This document shows positions 27,207-34,317 of a stretch of 34,317 nucleotides of DNA, one piece after another. Numbering within the stretch: position 1 is the first letter of the stretch; the number at the start of each line of letters is the position of its first letter. The DNA is from Nitrospinae bacterium RIFCSPLOWO2_12_FULL_45_22. Its GTDB lineage: Bacteria; 2-12-FULL-45-22. A program made the translations under genes and the position numbers. The DNA lies in assembly GCA_001803565.1 (NCBI GenBank), contig MHDQ01000031.1, forward strand, positions 1 through 34,317, written 5' to 3'. Under the pieces are notes generated by a model, which saw only the letters and a list, made by a program, of their open reading frames with translations, did no database searches and was not told where the DNA came from.

Positions 27207-28585
27207 GGATTACTCCAAATCCTCTTAAAAGCTGAAATGTTCATTTTCACTTCTGTCCAAGAAAAAAACCTTAATAGTCTTCTCCATAAATATGGCAGCC
27301 GCAGGTAGAATCTCCGGTAAGCATCTTGATAATATCTCAATACCATTTCGCTGCTCACCGTTGGTAGATTCATAACTGGATGGGACAAATCGTACTTTTC
27401 CCAATCGAGAGTATTCAAATATCCGCACTCCTTTGCCCAATTGAACATCTTAGTGCCTGGATATGGCGTGGTAATATTAAATACCACAACGTCCGGACTT
27501 GTTTTGATAGCAAATTGAATAGTCTTCTCCATGGTTTCCAAGGTCTCGCCGGGGTTTCCCAACATGAAAGTGGCACGAACATCCATTCCTAGTTTTTTGG
27601 TAAGGGCAATTGCCTCTTCTGCTCCGTTCAAGTTTATCCGCTTATTAATATTTTTCAGTATTCCCTCGTCTGCAGATTCAATCCCAAACATGACCTGATG
27701 ACAACCGGAATCCTTCATTATCCTTAGCATATCCTTATCTACATAATCGACACGAGCAAAACAGGACCAGGTTATATCAATATTTTCAGAGAGAAGGAGG
27801 GTACAAAATTCCTTTACCTCGTCCTTAAAAACGGTGAAGGTATCATCGTAAAACTGGATCTCCTTTATTCCATAGTTATCTTTTAGCAGTCTTATTTCAT
27901 CAACTAACCTACGCGGTGAAATTCTCCGTATTTTTTCCCCTAGTACTCCTCCGTAGCAAAACGTACATCTACCGGGGCATCCCCTGGTGGCAACCATGCT
28001 GATTGCTGGTAGTCTTTTGTACGCACCGAGAGTCGGATAGTATCTATGCATAGGCAATAAGTGGTACGCAGGATATGGTAAGCTATCGAGGTTTTCGATA
28101 AGTGCCCTTGCTTCATTATGAATATAGACTCCATTCGATTTATAAGAGAGTCCGGGGATCTCTCGTATATCATCACCCCTTGCTAATTCCCAGAAAGTAT
28201 ATTCTCCCTCTCCCCGGATAACAAAATCTACACTCTCATTACTTAAGACCTCATCGGGCAAGACCGTCGGATGGACTCCTCCCAGTACTATCTTGGTCTG
28301 GGGTAGAAATCTCTTACACAACCTTGCTATTTCCATGGTATTATTTATTATGCTGGTGGTAGCTGTTATTCCAATAAACCATGGTTGTTTATCATTAATA
28401 TGTTGATAAATTTTATCCAATCCGATTCTTTCAGCATGAACATCCAAAATCTCTACCTTGAAAAAGCGCTCCTCCAAAAAAGAAGCTATCTGAGCTAATC
28501 CAAGCGGTGGCATGCAACTGGCAATATCCTTCCAGATGTTCCCTTCTCTTTTTACCCACGGCGGATTAATCAGTAGAATTGACAT
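27191..28585 (-). CDS. Cobalamin-binding radical SAM protein
   Basis: 'LLINPP', 'PPLGLAQIA', 'GITATT', 'GGVHPT', 'GEGE', CxxxCxxC 'RGCPGRCTFC', 'DDTF', 'GIESA', 'TPYPGT'. Confidence 0.94.
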   Translation of the reverse strand: MSILLINPPWVKREGNIWKDIASCMPPLGLAQIASFLEERFFKVEILDVHAERIGLDKIYQHINDKQPWFIGITATTSIINNTMEIARLCKRFLPQTKIVLGGVHPTVLPDEVLSNESVDFVIRGEGEYTFWELARGDDIREIPGLSYKSNGVYIHNEARALIENLDSLPYPAYHLLPMHRYYPTLGAYKRLPAISMVATRGCPGRCTFCYGGVLGEKIRRISPRRLVDEIRLLKDNYGIKEIQFYDDTFTVFKDEVKEFCTLLLSENIDITWSCFARVDYVDKDMLRIMKDSGCHQVMFGIESADEGILKNINKRINLNGAEEAIALTKKLGMDVRATFMLGNPGETLETMEKTIQFAIKTSPDVVVFNITTPYPGTKMFNWAKECGYLNTLDWEKYDLSHPVMNLPTVSSEMVLRYYQDAYRRFYLRLPYLWRRLLRFFSWTEVKMNISAFKRIWSNPWIKR

Positions 28586-28638
28586 TAATTCTCCTTACTG
28601 AATTCAACTTATCGTATAGAAAAATCGCGCTTTACTTA

Positions 28639-30309
28639 CTAAGGTAACTTCACCACATCTGCAAGATCGTAGATCTTTATTAATCCCATCCCCTGATCTT
28701 GGAGCATGCTATTAAACATTTCCTGACCAAGAGTTTCAGGACTGTAGGAGTTCTCATAGAGGAAAGGTTTATATAATCCAACGCTGTTTGAGACTTCATG
28801 TACAGGTTTACATTCTTTCTCCACCCGGTATAACCAAGCATAACGAGTATGCTTCAGTAAATGATATTTTTGCCAGTCTACTAACAAATATTTATAGCCT
28901 CCATTAGTAAATAATCGCTTTATATTAGATATAGCGAGACCCTCAATAAGGGGAGAAAAGCTGCCTTTATAGTAAACATCTGAAACATAGGGCAGAGTGC
29001 TCAAGTGCTTGTCTCCTTCGTGGCTACCCATATACTCAAAGGCTGCTTTATATCCTGGTTTTAGATTTGTCAGTTCCCATGAATTATAGCTTCCCGTTAC
29101 GAGAACAATTAAGGTAAAAACGGTAATCATCTGGGGTAAACTCACCCTTCCTACACGGGCAGCCATAAAACCTACCAAGGCCAATCCTCCCCGGGCAGAC
29201 ACCAGGGGCAAGGTCGATAGAGATAACAATAACAACCGGGGAATATGATTATGGTGAGGAGACCACCAGATGAGAGGCAGTAGGAATTGAGTAAAGATAA
29301 TCAGATCTGCCAATGAGATACGGTGGTCGGACAACCATCTTCTCAATATAGATACCACTCCCCCCAGCAAGAGCAGAGTTACAACATAACCTTCCAGAAT
29401 TAGCAAGGTTCGGGGGAGAATCAAAGCATCTGCATCCACGCGGCGGGACCATCCTCCCTGCTGCCTAAAGCGAAACAGCAGTTGCTCAAAATAAGTGAAA
29501 TGTGGGTAATTAGTGAGAACCCTCAGGTACAAGTAGACAATTTCTGCTATCAGCAAGGGAATTAGCGTGGAAATAACTAATACCCCTATTCTTTTAACAT
29601 GCTTCTCCAGAGGGAGACGGTCAGGGGATAGAAATAGATGGACCTCGTATAACAATAATATTACTGGTAGAATAGAGAGTGAGGTGTGGCAGCCAAAGGC
29701 GATACCAGCACTCAATCCCGTTAGCCAGAGGAACGATATACTATTCTCTTCCAGGCTGCGACTTCGGTAATAGAAATAGGTGGACAGCATAACAAAAAAA
29801 ATGGCTGGACTTAATTCAAAACCCCGGCCCGAATAGATAATCTGATATGCAGAAACAGCGACTACTGCTGAGGAAATCAAACCGGTATGGGCGTCATAAA
29901 GAGTTTTTCCCAGGACAAAAGCCATGAGAATTGTCAGAACGCCAAATGTGGCGGCCATTACATTTCCCGCATCTTCGAGGGGAAGACGAAAAGCAAGATA
30001 AAAAAAAGCGGTGAAAAAAGTAAGATAAGACTTGGCATTGGTGGGGACAAACTCACCTAGATTTTTCGCTATTATAAACTCTCTGAACGAATCTGTAGGG
30101 CTCTCACCACCTAAATCCTCCTGGATAGCTATGAAACGAGGCTTTTCCTTTATCCACCTCAAAGATTCTATCAAGAACCTGGTCTCACTTAACCGCCAAG
30201 CGGTATCAGCCATAAATGGGCCTAGATCCAGAATATGGTTAAAACGAAGAACCCCACCGAGCGACAAAATCAGGAAAAAGATTACAAGAGTAACTTTATT
30301 GTTCTTCAT
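28639..30309 (-). CDS. GT-C membrane glycosyltransferase (ArnT/PMT_2-like)
   Basis: TM1 ending 'LRF', loop 'FMADT', 'FGVLTI..LGKTLY', 'LTGLSAGIAFGCH', 'IPRLLL'; polytopic N-terminal part plus a soluble C-terminal domain. Confidence 0.8.
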   Translation of the reverse strand: MKNNKVTLVIFFLILSLGGVLRFNHILDLGPFMADTAWRLSETRFLIESLRWIKEKPRFIAIQEDLGGESPTDSFREFIIAKNLGEFVPTNAKSYLTFFTAFFYLAFRLPLEDAGNVMAATFGVLTILMAFVLGKTLYDAHTGLISSAVVAVSAYQIIYSGRGFELSPAIFFVMLSTYFYYRSRSLEENSISFLWLTGLSAGIAFGCHTSLSILPVILLLYEVHLFLSPDRLPLEKHVKRIGVLVISTLIPLLIAEIVYLYLRVLTNYPHFTYFEQLLFRFRQQGGWSRRVDADALILPRTLLILEGYVVTLLLLGGVVSILRRWLSDHRISLADLIIFTQFLLPLIWWSPHHNHIPRLLLLSLSTLPLVSARGGLALVGFMAARVGRVSLPQMITVFTLIVLVTGSYNSWELTNLKPGYKAAFEYMGSHEGDKHLSTLPYVSDVYYKGSFSPLIEGLAISNIKRLFTNGGYKYLLVDWQKYHLLKHTRYAWLYRVEKECKPVHEVSNSVGLYKPFLYENSYSPETLGQEMFNSMLQDQGMGLIKIYDLADVVKLP

Positions 30310-31016
30310 ATCTTCCCTGGCGTCTCCAAATCCTTAAACTTATTTCCAATAATTATCTCTCGCCAGAGAATTTTTAAGAAGATCAGTCCTGTGGGGAGCG
30401 ATTTGGCGGTGCTTTCTCCCCCTATTCGTTTCCCTTCTTGAGTGGGAATCTCGGCTACCTTCAAACCTAATTTCATGGCTCTTATGGACATCTGGTACTC
30501 AATAACAAACCCGGGAGCATCTGGCTTAATCCTCCTAAAAGCATCTTTGGTTATAGCCCGATACCCATTTATGCTATCTGTGATTTTCCCTCTCCAGACA
30601 AAATTGGCAATAGCAGTAAAAGCACGGTTCGCCCAAGCCCGCCAGGGAAAAAGCCGGTCATCCTCCTCATTCCTCGCACCCTTCATGAACCGTGAGGCAA
30701 TGGCCATATCATACCCCTCATCAAGAAGGCCGAGGAGCCGAGGAATATCATTAGGGTTTTCATTTCCATCCGGGCTAAAGAAGACCAAATTCTCGCCCTG
30801 AGCTTCCCGGAAGGCGATCCGGAATGCCTCGCCCCGGCCCTTTATATCCTGCCGTATCACCTTAATTCCTCTTCTCTCAAAAAACTCGATCGTTCCATCA
30901 GTCGAGCCTCCATCAACAACAAAATACTCGTCCACCTCATGAAAAGGGATTTTATCGAACAGAACTCTGACCCCCTCGATCTCATTAAAAGTTAAAATCA
31001 CCAAAGTCTTTTTCAT
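30306..31016 (-). CDS. GT2, polyprenol-phosphate glycosyltransferase (DPM1-like)
   Basis: 236 aa; 'TFNE', 'VDGGSTDGT', 'GRGEA', 'FFSPDGNENP' (DxD position reads S-P-D), 'IASRF', 'ITDSINGYRA'. Confidence 0.9.
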   Translation of the reverse strand: MKKTLVILTFNEIEGVRVLFDKIPFHEVDEYFVVDGGSTDGTIEFFERRGIKVIRQDIKGRGEAFRIAFREAQGENLVFFSPDGNENPNDIPRLLGLLDEGYDMAIASRFMKGARNEEDDRLFPWRAWANRAFTAIANFVWRGKITDSINGYRAITKDAFRRIKPDAPGFVIEYQMSIRAMKLGLKVAEIPTQEGKRIGGESTAKSLPTGLIFLKILWREIIIGNKFKDLETPGKI

Positions 31017-31993
31017 ATTCGTTTGCGACCCTGGCTTCTATACCACTCGATTGTCTTTTCGAGGCCTTCCTTTAATGAGACCTGAGGTTCATAACCTATA
31101 AGCTTTTTGGCCTTGCTTATATCTGCATTTCTACGCGGTTGTCCGGCGGGCTTCTGGGGATCAAAAATCACCCGGGGCCTCTTCCCTGAAATACTCAGTA
31201 TCAACTCCACCAGATCCTTAATCTTCACTTCCTCTTCTGTGCCAATATTAAGGGGGTCAGCTTTTGGATACTTCTCAGCCGCCAACATCATTCCTCTCAC
31301 CAAATCACTAACATAAACGAAAGCCCGGGTTTGCTCACCATCTCCCCAAACCACCAGAGGGTCCTGTTCCTCCATCACTTTGCGAATGAGAGCCGGGATA
31401 ACATGAGCTACATCTAAATCGAAATCATCTCGCGGTCCATAGGCATTATATGGCCTTACGATGGCTATCTCCATCCCGAATTCTTCGGAATAACAGCGGG
31501 CCTGGATCTCAGCAATCCTCTTGGACCACCCGTAACCAAAATTTGTTGGCTCTGGATCGCCTTGAAACCCCTCGGACTCAGGGGTAGGTATGGAACAATG
31601 GCGGGTATAAACACAGGCAGAGCTAACACATAGGAATCGCTTCACTCTCGCTTTCCTGGCCGCCCCTAACATGTTTGTGTTTATTAAAACATTAGCATAA
31701 AACATAGTTCCCGGATGCCTTAAGTTATAACCAACACCGGCAACTTTAGCCGCCAGGTGCATGACAACATCTATCTTTGTGCAGACTTCCTCACAGAGAG
31801 CGAAATGAGATAGGTCACCCTTTATGAAATCAATCTTTTCCCGGCAATCATCCAGATTCTTCGGCTCTCCCCGGCTCAAGTTATCAACTACTTTAACCCT
31901 GGCTCCTTCTTCCACCAACATCTCCACCAAATGAGAGCCAATGAACCCCGCTCCTCCCGTAACCAACACCCTTTTTTTATCCCAGTATGACAT
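31013..31993 (-). CDS. Extended-SDR nucleotide-sugar epimerase (GDP-mannose 3,5-epimerase / GDP-fucose synthase-like)
   Basis: 'TGGAGFIG', 'HLAAKVAG', 'SSACVY', YxxxK 'YGWSK', 'NAYGPRDDF..AHVIPALIRK', 'VWGDGEQTRAF', 'GQPRR'. ATG 31993 is preceded by a GGAGAGGGAG RBS; the track uses TTG 32008. Confidence 0.9.
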   Translation of the reverse strand: MSYWDKKRVLVTGGAGFIGSHLVEMLVEEGARVKVVDNLSRGEPKNLDDCREKIDFIKGDLSHFALCEEVCTKIDVVMHLAAKVAGVGYNLRHPGTMFYANVLINTNMLGAARKARVKRFLCVSSACVYTRHCSIPTPESEGFQGDPEPTNFGYGWSKRIAEIQARCYSEEFGMEIAIVRPYNAYGPRDDFDLDVAHVIPALIRKVMEEQDPLVVWGDGEQTRAFVYVSDLVRGMMLAAEKYPKADPLNIGTEEEVKIKDLVELILSISGKRPRVIFDPQKPAGQPRRNADISKAKKLIGYEPQVSLKEGLEKTIEWYRSQGRKRI

Positions 31994-32049
31994 TCGCTCC
32001 CTCTCCAACTTCGGATTTGTAAGTTAAATTTTTGGCTCTTATTGTTTAC

Positions 32050-33507
32050 TTAAAATCTGTTTTTTAAAAAATAATATCTTGATCTAATATACATTGAGAT
32101 AATCTCTTTTGTTCTAAAACATATATTTCTTAAAGGGGATGAAAAAAATATGGCCATGAATCTGAAAAGTTTATTGGGTTTCAAATGCTTAAGGATAAAA
32201 ATAATTCGTGGCCATTTAATAGCTAACGGGGCAAAATTACTTACCCAATAAATAAATTCTGCTTCCGGATGATTAAGCACTGTCGACTCTTTATAGCTTT
32301 TTTCTCCGTTATTAATTTTATTAGTTATCTTATCATCAATATAACCTAAATCTTTTGAAATAATGGCGAGTTTAGTATTTGGAAAAGGATAGAAGGTACT
32401 AAATAAAGCGTTATTGGGTTTAATTTTTGTATTTAAATTTATAGTATCCCACATTTGAGCCTTATTTTCTGAAGGCAACCCCACCATATTAAGTGTGGTA
32501 AAAGGAATTTTATACTTATGAAGGAATTTAGATATGTATTCAATCTGTGAATTATTTGTCTTTCTATTTAAAATGTTCTTTCTGATTTCTTCGCTTCCGG
32601 ATTCGATTCCGATATCAACATATTTACACCCAGATTCTGAAAGGAGTTTTATCACATCTTCATTGACCATATCAAAATGAATCAAACATTTATAAGGTAA
32701 ATCTATTTTTTTCTTATACATATCAGCAAATCTCTCTAACCAACGGTAATTTAAAGTAAAAATATCATCATAAAAAAAGATTTCTTTAATAGAATATTTT
32801 TTCCTAAAATATAATATCTCCTCGATCACATTATCCACAGATCGTCTTCTTACATATTTCCCTTTATTGAAATATAATTCTTTATATGAAGAATTATAAC
32901 AATAGGTGCAAGAAAAGGGGCAACCCCTGCCTGTCATTATATACAATCTATCTTTAAAGCATCCGTATCTATAAAATAATTCCTTGTCAGGAAATGGGAG
33001 ATTATCCAAATCCTCATTTAAAGGCCTGACTGGATTTTTAATGATGGTATTATCTTTTTTAAACCATATATTTTCAATATTATAGTTAACTTCTTTATTT
33101 TCCAATGAATTAGCAAGTTCAACAATAGCGTCTTCTCCTTCTCCTATACATATCATATCTATAAAATCCTCTTTTAAAACTAATTCAGGGACATTTGTGG
33201 CGTGAATACCCCCAAATATTATGGGAGCGTTGATATGCTTTCTTAGTTCTGAGGCAATATTTTTCTCCCAGCTATATATATTTGTCAAGGCAGTAAAAGC
33301 GATTAAATCAGGATTATATTTTTTTGCCTGTCTAATGATTTGACCATCGATACCACCAATTTTCTCCAACAACGGCATTTTAAATTCAATATCCCCGGCT
33401 CCGGGATTGAATAATAATTCAGTTTGATGACTTGATTTTTTTAATACCGAAGATAAATACTCTATTCCTAACCATTCAGCATTCCTGAAAACAAATAGTA
33501 TTTTCAT
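32050..33507 (-). CDS. Cobalamin-binding radical SAM protein
   Basis: 'LGIEYLSS', 'FGGIHAT', 'GEGE', CxxxCxxC 'RGCPFSCTYC', 'DDIF', 'GIESGS', 'MVGLPSE', 'PFPNT'. Strongly AT-rich. Confidence 0.93.
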   Translation of the reverse strand: MKILFVFRNAEWLGIEYLSSVLKKSSHQTELLFNPGAGDIEFKMPLLEKIGGIDGQIIRQAKKYNPDLIAFTALTNIYSWEKNIASELRKHINAPIIFGGIHATNVPELVLKEDFIDMICIGEGEDAIVELANSLENKEVNYNIENIWFKKDNTIIKNPVRPLNEDLDNLPFPDKELFYRYGCFKDRLYIMTGRGCPFSCTYCYNSSYKELYFNKGKYVRRRSVDNVIEEILYFRKKYSIKEIFFYDDIFTLNYRWLERFADMYKKKIDLPYKCLIHFDMVNEDVIKLLSESGCKYVDIGIESGSEEIRKNILNRKTNNSQIEYISKFLHKYKIPFTTLNMVGLPSENKAQMWDTINLNTKIKPNNALFSTFYPFPNTKLAIISKDLGYIDDKITNKINNGEKSYKESTVLNHPEAEFIYWVSNFAPLAIKWPRIIFILKHLKPNKLFRFMAIFFSSPLRNICFRTKEIISMYIRSRYYFLKNRF

Positions 33508-33649
33508 ATCTTATCCGATATCAATAAAAAGCCTTAACGGAAATGTTGAATTAATGTTATATCCTTTATTTATTGGTAATAAAGTGTAGTCTCTAAAAAA
33601 GTATCATTATGTATATTACTATAAACAGAGGATATTACTATTTTAATTA

Positions 33650-33702
33650 TTGACAAAAGTCCATATTTTATGATATGGTTTTCCTGTCACTTTTATAGGA
33701 GG
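33650..33702 (+). promoter_or_regulatory. Sigma70-type promoter and RBS of the transposase
   Basis: TTGACA at 33650-33655, 18-bp spacer, TG-n-TATGGT (33671-33679, extended -10 style), AGGAGG at 33697-33702, 8 nt before ATG 33711. Confidence 0.6.
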
Positions 33703-33710
33703 GCAAAACC

Positions 33711-34317
33711 ATGTCATATCCCCATATTGAAGACATTGTTATCGAATTTGAAGGAGATAAGCATTCAAAGTATGGTCTCTTTCCACTGGTTGCCTGGTAT
33801 TTGATGGACATCCTTGTGCTACCAAAATATTTTAGCACGGTATCCGTCAAGAAGAAACGAAACCGGGCAAAGCCAATAAAGCGGAGGAAGCCTAAATATG
33901 ATACTAACCAGATGTGCATAGGGATTGTTGCTATTATCCTTCTTGGTGTAATTAAATTCAGGAAAATCAATGATGTCCTTAGCACCGAAGAGAAGATAGC
34001 CCAACTTGTAGGGCTGCCCAGATTTTTTGATCAGTCCACAGTTCATTTATTCCTGAATGAATTTCAAAAATGGCATGTAACTCAACTGGATAAGGTCAAC
34101 CACCAGTTAATCCAGGATTATGGTGAAAGTTCCCGTCAAGACATCTTAGTTCTGGACATAGATAGTACTACTCACTCCCTGGAGAGTAGAAAAAGAGAAA
34201 AGGCCGTTACTGGTTTCAACAAAAAGAATAGGGGTAAACCCTGCTATCAATGGACAGTAGCCTTTGTTAGAGGTGAGGCCATCAGCCAAAAGCTCAACGC
34301 CGGCAATACTCACTGCA
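33711..34317 (+). CDS. IS1380-family-like DDE transposase, 5' part (runs off the window)
   Basis: Hand-translated open frame of 202 codons with no stop: MSYPHIEDIVIEFEG...KYGLFPL...FFDQSTVHLFL...ILVLDIDSTTH..SRKREKAVTGFNKKNRGKPCYQW...KLNAGNTHC. The 'LDIDST' first catalytic Asp and the 'L.xGN.H' motif are typical of DDE_Tnp_1_4. Confidence 0.85.
   Translation, partial: MSYPHIEDIVIEFEGDKHSKYGLFPLVAWYLMDILVLPKYFSTVSVKKKRNRAKPIKRRKPKYDTNQMCIGIVAIILLGVIKFRKINDVLSTEEKIAQLVGLPRFFDQSTVHLFLNEFQKWHVTQLDKVNHQLIQDYGESSRQDILVLDIDSTTHSLESRKREKAVTGFNKKNRGKPCYQWTVAFVRGEAISQKLNAGNTHC

Larger units (their letters stand above)
33532..34317 (+). mobile_element. Insertion sequence (IS1380-like), left part; left boundary tentative
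   Basis: Transposase with promoter. The candidate left end CCTTAACGGAAATGTTGAATT begins with CC like many IS1380 ends, but the right end is outside the window so the IR cannot be confirmed. Confidence 0.55.

Noticed and set aside
2011-31316. Numerous short + strand and nested ORFs (60-155 aa) in the track
   Set aside because: All lie within or opposite long motif-bearing genes and show no recognisable domains.
33668-34046. Minus-strand ORFs of 105 aa and 75 aa
   Set aside because: They are antisense shadows of the + strand transposase frame, which has an RBS and DDE motifs.

Overview
The window is almost entirely one tightly packed, co-directional (minus-strand) cluster of 24 genes spanning about 33.4 kb for making and heavily modifying a cell-surface glycan. 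It encodes a Wzx-type flippase, a Wzy/WaaL-type polymerase/ligase, an LPG-synthase-TM flippase-like protein, two GT4, two GT2 (one DPM1-like), four GT-C membrane transferases (three ArnT/PMT-like, one YfhO-like), an AsnB-type amidotransferase, a Gfo/Idh/MocA dehydrogenase and an extended-SDR epimerase. The tailoring set is unusual: four cobalamin-binding radical SAM enzymes, one SPASM/twitch radical SAM enzyme, two paralogous nitroreductase::methyltransferase-fold fusions with degenerate SAM motifs, and two uncharacterised alpha-helical barrel proteins, each just upstream of a fusion. Two elements are missing from the ORF track: an internally deleted GxxExxY gene remnant still bracketed by its inverted repeats (5626-5792), and the 5' part of an IS1380-like transposase on the + strand (33711 to window end) with its own promoter and RBS. 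No rRNA, tRNA or CRISPR array was seen. Product calls come from reading motifs by eye, with no database searches.
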